Assembly: GCF_009834535.1 (NCBI RefSeq)
Contig: NC_045701.1
Location: 73,036,001-73,100,000 of the forward strand
Length of the DNA stretch: 64,000 nt
Direction of reading: 5' to 3'
Origin: Camelus ferus
Taxonomy: Eukaryota
A program made the translations under genes and the position numbers. Below the pieces are notes generated by a model, which saw only the letters and a program-made list of their open reading frames with translations, searched no databases and was not told the origin of the DNA. Position 1 is the first letter of the stretch, and every line of letters begins with the position of its first letter. Positions 1 to 11,850 of this stretch are shown here, in pieces.

Positions 1-679
1 AAGGGGAGCAGAAATACTCACAGCATGAGCAGTGGTGGCCACTGGGGAGGGTTGGGGTCAGGACTTAGGGTACCAGCTCTGCAGCTCTGCTTTTCCCAGG
101 TACAGCTTCCTACCAGTGCCGTCTCAGCCTGGAGCCACCGTGTTGCTGCATGGCAGCTCCCTCTTGGATTCCGGCAGGGTTGGGGGAGGATGTTAGAACC
201 ATGAGGCAAAAATAAGTACACTCAGTAGGATGGGTCGTGTTGGTGGAAATGGGTGGTGGTCCTTCCCCTGGTTGCTCCCAAGATTCCCCATCTCTGCTCT
301 GGTTGCTGTGCAGACCCTGTGAGCTAAGGGTCCATTGATGTTGGCTCTGGCCACCCGCTCCAGTGTAAGTTGGGTCTTAAAGGTCACCGGGCTGCTCAGG
401 GATAAAGCAGGATGTAAGGAAACAGCGAGAGGGTCTTTGGGGCTTGGGAGCCTGTTGATGGTCCTAGGAGGACACAACATTTGTTGTTTCATCAGCTGTC
501 TACTAACCAACGCCTAGGTTTACTCAAGGGGCTTATGCATCTGGGGCTTTATGCTGAAGTCATGAGCAGGAAGCTCAGTGTTTGGCCCTCCAAAACACAG
601 AGCTCCTGTGTTTTTTCCTTCCTCAGAGAAACGCCATGGGTAATGAGAAAGAGTACTGTCCTAGGAGGAATCAGGAGTC

Positions 680-780
680 ACAAGCTTGCTTTTACAAATT
701 ACTTTAATTTCTGAGCCTTGTCTGTAAAGTGGAGGTGAGAGTTCCTTCCAGATTTGTGAAGATCAAACCAGAAAGCAGCA
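680..780 (+). mobile_element. MIR SINE fragment
   Basis: Degenerate MIR core (ttactttaatttctgagcc...tgtaaagtgg...tgtgaagatcaaa). Confidence 0.5.
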
Positions 781-1129
781 ACAGCCTGCCTGATGACTAG
801 TAAGCCCCCAACAGAGTTGTTCTTCTATTCCTTCCTCAGATAGAATTATTTTACAGTAGAGAAACCCACGTTGTGCTTTGGAAGGCCATTTCTACCCGTA
901 TTTGAGTCAAATTAGATCTAGCAGGTGCAAAGGGCTGCAGAGGTGACTTGACGACTGGTGGAATTACAGCCAGAATTCAGACGGGCATCAGGAGTCCTGG
1001 GTGTTGACTCTTGGAGCCCCACACTGCAGTCATCCTCTGAGCCTTCCTCCACCCGTGCCCCTTTCCTCTGTGAATGCTGCCACACGTTACAGTTGCAATC
1101 ACCTTAGCTTCCACGTCTTTGCCTCTCTT

Positions 1130-1350
1130 TTTTCCTCCTGTTTAGCCTCTCTGTGCTACCCTTACACATCCCATCAGTCAACTAAGTCCTATTGATTTTG
1201 TTTCCAAATCCCTCTTAAACCCACACCATCCTGTTCATCCCCAGTGTTCCAATGCTGCCTCATCCCTCACTGGACTCTTATAATTACTGCCTCACTGTGC
1301 ATGGCATAAAGAGTACTCAACAAGTGGTTGTTGAACAAATGAGGAATGAG
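1130..1350 (+). mobile_element. L2 LINE 3' fragment
   Basis: catcagtcaactaagtcctattgatt... and L2-type tail gcatggcataaagagtactcaacaagtggttgttgaacaaatga. Confidence 0.6.
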
Positions 1351-2584
1351 GTAATAAGGTAGGTGAAATTTAGTGAAATATTTAGGCCCTGAGTTCCTCA
1401 ACCCCTCCCGTTTATAAGATAGGCATGGGTTGGTATTTCTAGGAATATTTATGGAAAAGAACTAGGTCCTTTTGCCTCCAGCTACCATGTGTCTGAAGTC
1501 ACCTTTTCCCATTTTATGGAGATGTTTAACAAGTACACATCAGCCAGGGTGCTTGTTTCTGCAGGGAAGACCATCCCCAAGTCTTCTCATGTCTTGAGGG
1601 AGATGGTATCCCCTCCTCTGAGGTCTCATTTCACCATCCTCATTTAGCCAGCCTCTGGGAAACCTGATCTAAGCCTGTGTAATGCTTAATAGCCTGGCAG
1701 GGAGGAGAGGCAATTTACTTACCCAATTGAATTACCTGTTTATGCTTCTGATCTCCCAAGCATATGTCAGGACAAGAAGGTAATAGAGGCTACTGTTAAC
1801 ACTGTATGGGACTAGGGAGTCCGCATGCCACAGAAATTTAGCACATGAAAACCCTTTCTTTCTTTGATGGGGAATCTCTTTCTCCATCTGAACTGCCTTC
1901 CTCCCCTCATTTGTCTTGCAACAAATTTTCTTTTACAGTATCTTTGCTCAGGGTTCTTTCCCTCTGAAAGCAGAAACACCTAACTGACAGCTTACAACTC
2001 TCCACTGGTTTGATGGCAGCCTAGGGACGGAAGAACAAGCCTGTCCTGCTGGTGCCTCTGAGGAGCTGGTTTTAGGATGCTGCAAGACAACCATCAGAAA
2101 ATTCTCATGAGTGTGACAGTTCTCAAGACAGGAAGAGTTCCTAGTGGGTCTCCACTTCTGCATGCTAGAGGAGTGAAGAATCACATTAAGCCAAAGTCAT
2201 AAGTTGGGTTGAAGGTGGAGGTTTCTGGTAGAGTGGAATGAGGCTTCCATCTCAGTCTGAGAGCTGTTCCTGAAAGGTTGTCCCAACTGACTTGTTTGTT
2301 TCTCAGCTATTAATAGAAACTATCCCAGTGAGGATCTGCTGAGAATCAAAGAGTCTCTCCCACAATGCCCTACTTCAGGGCTTGAAATTCCATTATTAGA
2401 GACCCATTCTTGACACCATGGGAAACATACATACATGAATCTCTTTAAAGGACCCCTGCCAATGACCATTCAGTAAATACTTTCGGAGTTGGACATTGGG
2501 CTGATTGCCATAAATATGCAGAAAAGTAAATCATAGCATCTACCACCCAGGAATATACAATCTGGATGGTAATGTCCATCCTAA

Positions 2585-2765
2585 GGATAATGAGAACAGG
2601 AGCTACATAGACGGTGCTTACTCTACACCAGGTGCCGTTCTGTGTGCTCTGCGTGACTAAGGTGTTGCATTGTCACAACTCTGTGAGACTCTTAGCCCTA
2701 TTTAACAAGTGAGGAAACCAGGACACCAGGTCATTAAGTGCCTTGCCTAAAATCACAGAGCTAAC
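2585..2765 (-). mobile_element. MIR SINE
   Basis: Antisense MIR core: ...ccctatttaacaagtgaggaaaccagg...aagtgccttgcctaaaatcacagagcta. Confidence 0.7.
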
Positions 2766-3429
2766 AGGTCAAGACACCATGAGAGCAGAGAGAGAAGTGT
2801 GGTCAGGGATGACCTGATCATCTATGCTGGTTGTAGACTCACCCTCTCCTGAAATGAGCCTTTGCCCTTCCTTTGATTTGAACATTGTCCTCTCCCTTTT
2901 ATCAAATTCAGCGATTCCTGCAAAGGGACAAAAGTCCTGTGACTCCTTGGTTTTATATTTACCATTCAAACATTTGGCACCTGAGGTGGGAGAAGGCAGA
3001 GCCTAAGGAGGCAGAGGGTATTTGGGATTATTTGAGCTTGCTGCTGCTTCTTCTTCTTTTTATTTTTGTAGCAAACCGACTTTATAATTCAAATATTCTA
3101 CAATAGATAATTATTTGAAATTATATGTGAATGTAAATTTGTTAAGTTTAAAAAAGCATGTTTTTCAATATGACAAAATTTTACAATTTTGATGAGAAAT
3201 ACCACAAAATAGCACTCACATTAAGTTTAAATATCAGTGTCACCATTGAGCTTGCTTCCTGATTTTCCCAGAGCCAGTTCTGGTCGTGAGGCTGAAAGGC
3301 GGTAGTTGAAGAAGTGGCATACAGAGGACGGAGACTGTTGGGCAGGTGGACCTCAGTTTCTACTGTTTTGACCAGATGCTGTGTCCTGGAGACCTTTTTC
3401 ACTGATGATACTCTATCAGGACTACCTTG

Positions 3430-3830
3430 ACTGTAAGTGACTGGGCCAACCCGAAGGGCTTTAAGCCACAGAGAATTTTAGTGGCGCCAGTAAGGAGAGA
3501 GTCTAAGCGTTGTTCTGGATGGAGGCACAGCTCGATGCAGAGCCTCGTGCAACATTGCCAAGCTTTGTGCTCTCATCTCTTAGCTTCGTTCTGTTATCTT
3601 TTTGCCTTATGATCACAGGATTAATGCCGCAGGTCCAAACCTCACTCTGCTTAGCTTCTATCTGGGGGTTGGGGTGAGTGATATTAGAGCTTCTTTCCTG
3701 AATAATCAGAAAAAGAATCTGCTTTTCTTGACCGTACAAAGTTGCCTGCTTCTTCCTGGAACAATCACTGTGCCCAGGAAAGAAGTTACACTGATTATCT
3801 TAGGTCAGTTGGTATAAGGATGGATTGAGA
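3430..3830. mobile_element. Old MaLR LTR remnant (MLT1J/K-like)
   Basis: cttcctggaacaatcactgtgcccagg resembles the MLT1J/K block; the rest is degenerate. Confidence 0.4.
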
Positions 3831-4529
3831 GAGGGTAACCTGTAACTCCTCAAGGAAATTCCATTTACCCTGGAGAAAGGTGATGACATCCTTCACTGGA
3901 AACGTCTCAAGTGATGACTTACATCTTAGCTCCTTCAGACAGTGTTTTGTCTCCAGGGCCGACAGCATCCACAAAACTCACACCTCTTACTGCTCTTCTT
4001 ACCAATCAGTGTGTGAGCTCTAGTCTCAGCAGTTCACCGCAGTGGCTCAGTGGCATGGAGAATAGGAACAAATGGCCAAAGAGACTGTAACACAGAAACT
4101 GGCTTTTTCAATGGCCCTGTTAATTCCTTCACTCCTGAGTCAGGGCTCTTATTTAGATCAGAGGGACCCAGAACATCTTTGGTCCTACAGATGGTGTCGG
4201 TTGGGTTTACATATGGGAAGATACATGAGTGGGAGCAGCTAATGTCAGGAGGGCTGCATTGGAATACTGGATTCAAGTCAAGAGAAAAGTCTTGAGGTTT
4301 CAGTTGATGAAGAGAAACCTCCTTGATGGAAAGATGTGAATTTCTGGTGGCCTCTCTGTAAGGACGAAGAAAGAGGCCTCATTTGGAGATGATTATAATT
4401 CCACTAGACACAGTCTTGAGGTGTATTATACAGGGGCTACTAGAAGGGGAGTCAGGGTCTCCTGCCATGGGTACTACTTGTCTGTGGCTTCCTTCCCTTG
4501 GCCCTGGGAAAGGAACTTGGTAGGGAAAG

Positions 4530-4710
4530 CTTACACTATCTACCTATATGACTTTGGATATTTCACTTAATCTTGTCAAGTCCAGATTTCCTAATTTGTA
4601 AATGGGGACAATAGAAAGAGCTACTTGATGAAGAAATTGTGAAAATTAAATGAAATAATATTAGGTAAAAATTAGCTATAAGCTTGGCCCACAGTTGAAA
4701 ATTTAATATC
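4530..4710 (+). mobile_element. MIR SINE
   Basis: atgactttggatatttcacttaatc...tttcctaatttgtaaatggggacaata...gtgaaaattaaatgaaataat. Confidence 0.7.
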
Positions 4711-4989
4711 AGTTTCAGCTTTTTCCTCCTTGTCATTAGGCTTTAGTCTAGAGACTCAACAAGTTGCAAGTTTTTCTCTCAACTCAACACATGACTTCAT
4801 GACACTAAGCATGTTGATAATGAATGGCTGAAATTAACTTGTTATGAATGATTCTTTCTCTCTCTTCTCTTCTTGGATTTCATATTTTTTTGCACAGTTT
4901 TACCAGACCACAGAAAAATGGAGATGTTCTGGTTAAGTGGACCCCTCCCTTCCTGCAGCACAGTCATTGGATCAGAGCCACTTGTGTTG

Positions 4990-5150
4990 GAATCTCTGCT
5001 CTGCCCCTGACTGGCTGTATCATCTTTGGAAGTAAATTAAATCTCTCACCTCATGACCTTGATCAGTAAAATGAAGATAATAATACTCGTCTGCAAAGTT
5101 ACTGTGAGGCTTTGAGACAATTCATGGAAAGCCTGGCCCTGTTATGATCT
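4990..5150 (+). mobile_element. MIR SINE
   Basis: ctctgcccctgactggctgt...cagtaaaatgaagataataatac...gtgaggctttgaga. Confidence 0.7.
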
Positions 5151-5489
5151 GTACATCGTTAGTGCCCATCCTATAGGATTTTACAATTCAAAATGTCAAG
5201 ACATGGTAGTCCCCAGAAGCGTACAGGCCTAGAGCACCTCATCTGATGTTGGGGTGCCCCTAAATTGGCTATACATATACATGTATATAATATCAAGGTC
5301 CACCAGAGCCAGTGCTCCAAGCATGGGGCCAGGAAGCCTGCTAGATTGTTTTTTTCTCAGGGATGACCCTACGATTACCACTTTGGATGAGAGGTTGGAT
5401 TTCATGGACCTCAAATGTCCTTTTCCAACTCTGAGATTCTGTGTGCCTACGATTTTGCTTCCATTTAGGAAACAACCCTTATAATTGCT

Positions 5490-5640
5490 AGTGGTATGGC
5501 ATTAAGGAAGTTACTTAATCCCTCTATTCCTCAATTTCTTAATTTTCGAGTAGGGCTAAACTAATCCGCACATGCCAGGATGGTCATGAAATAATGGAAA
5601 AGGTATGTAGTTGCTGAGCACAGTATAGAAGGGTATCAGT
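5490..5640 (+). mobile_element. MIR SINE fragment
   Basis: ggaagttacttaatccctctattcctcaatttctt...gcacagtatag. Confidence 0.55.
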
Positions 5641-5679
5641 GCTGCTCACAGATGGCCAGTTCTCATTTGGGTCATAGTA

Positions 5680-5800
5680 GGGTGACACTTCCTAGATCGC
5701 TTGTTGTAGGGTGGTGCCATGTGACTAAGTCCAGCCGATGAGTTATGGGTCAAAATGAAGCCTGTATCTTCTCGATCAGAGCATTTAATTGCTGCTATGT
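5680..5800. mobile_element. MLT1 (MaLR) LTR fragment
   Basis: cacttcctagatcgcttg...gccatgtgactaagtccagccgatg matches the MLT1G/H motif gccatgtgactgagttctggccaatg. Confidence 0.5.
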
Positions 5801-5959
5801 GACTTTTGGCACAGTCACCTTAACATTTGGGATGCTGGCTGTTCAGTATGCCTGACCTCCCTACCCTTGGCCAATGTAGTGTGAGGGAGAATACCTTTTG
5901 GGGTGTTGAGACAGAGATTTTGGAGGTGGTTTTGCATCTGGATAACCTAGCCTACGTGG

Positions 5960-6135
5960 CCCAAGATAAAGTTGGGCATTTGCTATGTGCCAGACATGTG
6001 TTAGTTCATACTTTATAATGATACCCTAGAAAGATTTACATGGGGAAGCTAAGCAGACATGTTAAGTAACTTTCCCAAGGTCGTGAGGGTTTAAACCCAC
6101 ATCGTATGACTTGAGAGCTTGTGCTGTTAATCACC
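5960..6135 (-). mobile_element. MIR SINE
   Basis: gcatttgctatgtgccagacatgtgtt...gttaagtaactttcccaaggtc...tttaaaccc. Confidence 0.7.
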
Positions 6136-6489
6136 GTTCTGCAGACTCCATAGACCAGGCCTGTGGTTTCCTGGTATGATCAGCCAGCATTAATTCTGCC
6201 TTCCCTTTCTCTTGAACTGTATCCCCTGTAGTTTCATTTGGAAATGATCTCCTCTGTTGGCTGTTACTCTTCAGAGTGCTGGTGAGGCTGGGAAGTCAGC
6301 AGCATGGCCTGCTGTGATTCTCTGACTCTCAAGTTGTCACAGGAAGTCTCTCATTTTCTCTACTTTGCTTGACCACTTTCAGTTTTTAACCTAATATTTA
6401 AACCAAAATCTTTGATATGGGGACAGGAAATCTCTTAAGAGATGAAAGGCATTTTTCCCCCTCTCTTTGCTTGAAGGCATCAAAGTGAT

Positions 6490-6938
6490 TATCTTGAGTC
6501 AGGCTTCCTAGAATCAGAGCCTGAGATGGGGGTTCCTGTGTCTGTGATTTATTGAGGGAGTGCTCCTGGGAGAAACCTGTAAAGAAATGAGGGAGGCAGG
6601 GTAGGGCAGGGAAAGAAGCCAAGCAAAGATGTTATATAGCTGCAGGCTGGCCTCAGCCTGACCCATGGGGGAGCTGTGGTGTACGATTTGTACCACAGAG
6701 CTTGTTCTGCATTGAAAACAAGGGGACTGAGCTTTTATTCCCCTGAGTCAGTTGGTCATTGGCCTTGGATGTAACCTCCCTGGCATCTCCAGATGAGGTG
6801 GTTCCCATAGGCTAAAGACAATCCTCCAAGAAGAATGCAGGGGTGAGCTAGTTACAGCCAACCCCTGCAGCAGGTGGGGGGTGGGAGCACCTGCCAGATA
6901 AAAGGATCTGGAAGATGCACCGGTAGCACCTACTGCAG
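6490..6938 (-). mobile_element. ERVL solo LTR (LTR16/LTR33 family)
   Basis: The reverse complement starts tgcagtaggtgctaccggtgc and ends ...gcttctaggaagcctgactcaagata, as in LTR16/33 termini. Confidence 0.7.
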
Positions 6939-7344
6939 TGTTTGAGGTCAGTGGCTCATCCTTTTGGAATGTGTGCCTTTTCTGGAGGTGATGGTGTCAA
7001 GCTAAGGGGAGGCAGCAAATTGTGTAAGGCAGTAGTAGAATGTGATCGCACCGAGGCCTCAGTACATGCTTTTTGTTGACATCCAAGAATTGTGTGTGTG
7101 ATTGTGAGGGCATGGTGAGCAAAAAGCTCTGTCCTAACCTTTGGACCTGGATCTGATACATGTTTTCTGGTCACCTGGAAAAGTTTTCTCTTCACTTTCT
7201 ACCTTTTTAAATGGGCAAGTTGGCTGCCGAAAATGTTTTGACAATTCTTGGTGTATTTTCCTTCCTAGTAAAATAGGCAGCTTCAACCTGATAGGCCCCA
7301 AATCAGCAACAGCCTGATAATATTAACACCAACACCAACACAAC

Positions 7345-7470
7345 ACCAACAGCAACACCAATGCAACTTATTAAGTGCCTGCCATGTGCCTGAGGCTTTG
7401 GTTGTAATATTATTTTATCTAATCCTCCCCATGGCCCTACAAGAAAAGGAATAATAGGGTCCATTTTATG
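7345..7470 (-). mobile_element. MIR SINE fragment with (AAC)-rich tail
   Basis: ttattaagtgcctgccatgtgcc...atctaatcctccc...gtccattttatga. Confidence 0.55.
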
Positions 7471-7849
7471 ACCCAGAACAATAAATATCAGGGAAGATCA
7501 GTAATGTGTCTGAGGACATGCTATTGAAACAATCTGCATGTAAGTAATAAAGGAAACAAATCACAGCATCCAAGAATGGAAGATTAAGGAGAAAACGACG
7601 AAAAACCACATACTCACCAAAGAGTAGAAAATACAGTGTGTAACGGGGAAGTCCTGCTCTTTGGATTAATGTGAACATCTTGCCATGCTGAGCGTGCAGG
7701 AGGAGAGCACGGCGAGGCTGACAGGCTGGAGACGGGATTCAGTTCCAGTGCTGTTTGACTTTAAAGCTGAAACAGCTTACTTTTCCAGCTGTTTCCATAA
7801 ACATGTGATTTTAAGGTGTCTGCCCACTTAGTTCTCAAGCATGCATTCC

Positions 7850-8040
7850 AGTATAGAAGAGTGGTTAAGCACCCAGGCCTTAGAGACGGACAGACTTGAG
7901 TGCTGGCTCTGACTTGGGGCAAGTTACTTAACGTCCCTAAGCCTCAGTTTCCCATTTGTCACATGGGGTAATAGTGCTTAGTATGTGTAACTCTGATGTG
8001 GATTAAATGACATCATGTGTGTAAAATGCCCATCATGCAA
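7850..8040 (+). mobile_element. MIR SINE
   Basis: gtggttaagcacccaggccttagag...gacttggggcaagttacttaacgtccctaagcctcagtttcccatttgt...gattaaatga. Confidence 0.8.
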
Positions 8041-8104
8041 AAAACACCTATTCTCTACCAGTTATAATATATCCATGAAGAGCTTTCAGTTTTGTTGGGG
8101 AGAA

Positions 8105-8540
8105 AAGATAGTTTCAGTCTATGGTGTTTAATAATAAAGTACTGCAAAAATCAGTGGCTTTAAACAATGATAATTTATTATTTCTCATAGTTTTATAGGT
8201 GGACCGGGTGAACAAACCAGTTATGTTGCATGTAATGGCAGCCTGGTCTCTCATGTGGTTGCATTTAGCTGGGAGCTTAGCAGAGGTCCAAGAAGGGATA
8301 TCCAGGGAGGCAGTGGTCCTCCTTCACATGCTTCTTATCAGTAGTCCAGATCAAGCTTCTTATATGGCAACTGGACTCCAAAAGCCCCCAAACCGAAGCT
8401 GCCTTTTTAATCCTTAGGCCTAGAGTTGGCACACTGTCACTTCTACAGATAAAGCAAATTTCATGGCCAGACCAACTTCAAAGGGATAAGAGTCAGACTC
8501 TGAGTCTCATTGGACAGAGTGGCATGTGTGTATTGGAAGA
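8105..8540 (-). mobile_element. MLT1 (MaLR) solo LTR, G/H-like
   Basis: cagtggctttaaacaatgataatttattatttctcatagtt...ggcacactgtcacttct...catggccagacc. Confidence 0.65.
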
Positions 8541-8733
8541 GGNNNNNNNNNNNNNNNNNNNNNNNNNNNNNNNNNNNNNNNNNNNNNNNNNNNNNNNNNN
8601 NNNNNNNNNNNNNNNNNNNNNNNNNNNNNNNNNNNNNNNNNNNNNNNNNNNNNNNNNNNNNNNNNNNNNNNNNNNNNNNNNNNNNNNNNNNNNNNNNNNN
8701 NNNNNNNNNNNNNNNNNNNNNNNNNNNNNNNNN

Positions 8734-9144
8734 GTTATAAAAACTGAGAAGTCCCACAATCTGCCATTTACAAGCTGGAAAACCAGGGAAGCTGGTGGCG
8801 TAATTCAGTCTAAGTCTGAAACCCTGAAAATCGGGGGATGGGATGGGGTAAGGCTGATGGTGTACGTCCTGATCTGAGTCTGAAAACCCTAGAACCAATG
8901 TCCAACAGCAGGAGAAGATGGAGGTCTCAGCTCAAGCAGAGAGAGTGGATTTGCCCTTCTACCGTCTTTTTGTGGCCTGGATGAAGCCCACCCACATTGG
9001 TGAGGGCCATTCTCTTTACTCAGTTTACTGAATCAAATGTTAATTCTCTTCTGGAAACACCCTCAGAGACACACCTAAGAGTAATGTTTTACCAGCTGTC
9101 TGGGCATCCCTTAGCCCAGTTGACACATAAAATTAACCATCATG
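8734..9144 (-). mobile_element. MLT2 (ERVL) solo LTR; probably extends into the masked block 8543-8733
   Basis: ctgagaagtcccacaatctgcc...caagctggaaaaccagggaagctggtgg...gttgacacataaaattaaccatca (MLT2 5' end on the - strand). Confidence 0.85.
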
Positions 9145-10199
9145 GCAGCCATATTTGGAGACTATTTCTCTAGACCTTACTGTCTGACAGAGTGCTATGT
9201 TTAGGCTACAGATATTTACCATTAAGGCTGACACCCTGTGGAGTGGGTTAGTGTTTTTAGAGATGATGTCACAGAGGACCTGGGGCTTCAGTTGGACCCT
9301 GAATGAAGGATGAGAAATTGTTATGGTGGGAAAAGAAGAGAGTCTATCTACTGTTTTGATTTTTCACCCATGACAACCAGGACAAACTCAGTATAAGTTT
9401 GGGAGGGAAGATGGGGACCCTGACTTTAACTGTCAAATTGATCTAGAGTTGTCAGATGGGATAATTTAACCCTCAAACAAGGGTGATTTATCCCGTGTAT
9501 TGTAATCAGATAGTCGTCTAAGTAGTTCCCAGGAGCTCTGGTAAATCACTTTTAGTACATATTGAAAGTGACAATATTGTATTTTATCACCGAATTACCA
9601 TCTTACAGTAATAACTAATGCAAGGCATCGGCTTTGGCTCCAGCGCTGAATTACACCCACTTGGAGGCACATAGATCCAGACAGGAGCTGTCACTTCCGT
9701 CTGCTTGCCCGTGGCCAGGACCAAGAGTCTGGTAGGGAAATTGTACTATTGCAGCCTTTGCAAATTAGCCTGGTTCAGAGATGCCTGCAGTCTTGTGAAG
9801 TGTGGAACTTTTCTTCGGTGGAGTTTGGGTCAGTATGAACTAGGATGGGCCTAGTGATTCTAGTAAATGAGCGATGAGTGCTTTGATGACTAAAGGCAAG
9901 GATCTTATTTAAACAAGAAAAAAAGGACTGGTCAGGAATCAGGCTCAAATGATCTCTTGCCTGGGCTCCAGCTGCAGCCTTGTAACTGGTCTTACTACCA
10001 GTCCCCTCAAAACCATCTTGTGCAGCAGCCCCCACAGTGATCTTCTTGAGATGCAGAGACAACCATGGCAGCCCCTTGCTTGAAACCATCACAGCCTACC
10101 ATTGCCTATGGGGTGTTATCCATGTTCCTCAGCCTACAGGGCTCTCCGTGGTCTGGCTCCTGCCTGCCCATCCAGCCTCAGCTTGCACCGCTCCCCGTC

Positions 10200-10592
10200 T
10201 TGAACTTTCTGCTCTGCCCACACGCACCAGGCTCTCCTTCTCTGCACTGTTGTTCATCTCCTTTTCTCTTCCTGGAATGTGCTCTCCAAGCTGCCCACAC
10301 TGCCCTCCTTTGCCTGACCAACTCCCTCCGTCCAGGAAGATGCACTGCAAACAGCTCCTCCTGGAAGCATTTGCAAATGCGCTCAGGCTGCCGGGCATCT
10401 CACTCCTCTCATTGTTTCACTGTCACATTGCATTGTCCTTATTTATTTATGCCTCTAGCTCTACCACTAGGCCAACTGTGAGCTCCTTGAAGCCAGAAAC
10501 TCATTTTAATAATGTTGGCATCCCAACCAACCAGCACAGGACTGATTGGCCCAGAGGAGAGGCTCAATAAATGTCTGTGAAATTAATGAATT
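10200..10592 (+). mobile_element. L2 LINE 3' end
   Basis: cttcctggaatgtgctct...actgtgagctccttgaagccag...gctcaataaatgtctgtgaaattaatgaa. Confidence 0.75.
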
Positions 10593-11314
10593 AAAAAAAA
10601 AACTCTTGGATTGTCACAGTAACACATGTGCAACAGAGACTTAGAATTTCCACCCTGAATCTGAGTTTCCTGTTAGCTAAGGGGTTTCCTGCTTTGATGT
10701 TACATATCTGGATTGGAATCCGTGTGAGTATTCACTGCAAAGGTGAAGTTTTTATGGCTCTGGTACGAAAGTCTGGACAAGGGCATAGAGACACATTGGT
10801 TTGGAAGGGCTTGGAGGTATTTGTACGGCACTGATACATTTGGGTTCTGCTGTGTTTCTGGAGGCCTTCATGTATTAGAAAAAATGTGATCATTTCATTC
10901 ATGTTGGTGGATTTGGGCTACCAGATCTCATAGAGGGTCCCAAACCATTTGCCTTCAGTTCCCTGTTCCACACCCTTCCCTTAGAAATGGGGAATCTGAG
11001 AGTAGTTTCTGGAGGTGGTAGAAGGGTGACCGCATCCTCACAGTTCTAGCCCAAGTGCACATGCTCCTTGGAGAGATGTGGAAGGTCCCTGAGCTTAGGA
11101 ACTGGATCTCCCCTTTTCGTACTGAAACCTGTAGGCAGGTGGGGCAAGAAACTCCACGCAGGCTTGGAGACAGATGTCAGCATATACCTTGCAAGGAAGT
11201 AAGGCAAGTGCAGGAGGAACAAGAAGGTAAAGGGCTTCAAAGAAAAGCCTTTTCCTACAACTTTTATTCCAGGTGCACACCTTAAGAAAGTCATTCTGGT
11301 AGTAATGATAATAG

Positions 11315-11560
11315 TATGATTAATAATAATAATAATGGTGTTTTATATATTTTGAAAGTTTTCTACATGCTAGGCACCATGCCAAGCTTTTTACTTGGCC
11401 TACTTGATATCAACTCAGAACTTTATGAGAAAGATAAATTTGATTTCTACGTTGTGGATGAAGCACAGAGAGACAAAGAAACTTGCCCAAGGTTGCATAG
11501 CTAATGAATGGAGGAGCTGGGATTTGAACCCAGGCAGTGCAATGGAGCACTATGATCCTA
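11315..11560 (-). mobile_element. MIR SINE
   Basis: (AAT)n tail, then ctacatgctaggcacc...gatgaagcacagagagac...ggagctgggatttgaacccaggcag. Confidence 0.75.
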
Positions 11561-11599
11561 ACCTTGGCACTATATTACTTTCCAAGTAATAATTAATAA

Positions 11600-11850
11600 T
11601 AATAGTAATAGTAATAATAGTAACAAGTGCAGCTAATGTTTATTGGGTGCTAGCCCTGTGCTGGACCATTGCCAAACTCTTTACACGGAGTCTCATCTAC
11701 TCTTACCACAAGCTTTGGGGGAGGTTATTATTTTTGTCCTCATTTCAGAGATGGATGGCTGGGACTTAGAGAACCAGTCACATGTCCGAGGTCACACAGC
11801 TAGTTCACAAAGGATCTGGATGCATTCTCGGGCGCTAGCTATCTCTTGAG
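11600..11850 (-). mobile_element. MIR SINE (second of a tandem pair)
   Basis: (AAT/AGT)n tail, gctaatgtttattgggtgc...tcctatttcagagatg...gaggtcacacagctagt. Confidence 0.75.

Noticed and set aside
8461-8898. ORFs spanning N blocks (also near 20.2, 24.2, 49.6-50.0 and 61.4 kb)
   Set aside because: Open only because N codons contain no stops.
10037-10570. 177-aa ORF
   Set aside because: Lies mostly in an L2 3' end, has no recognisable domain, and has overlapping ORFs on both strands.
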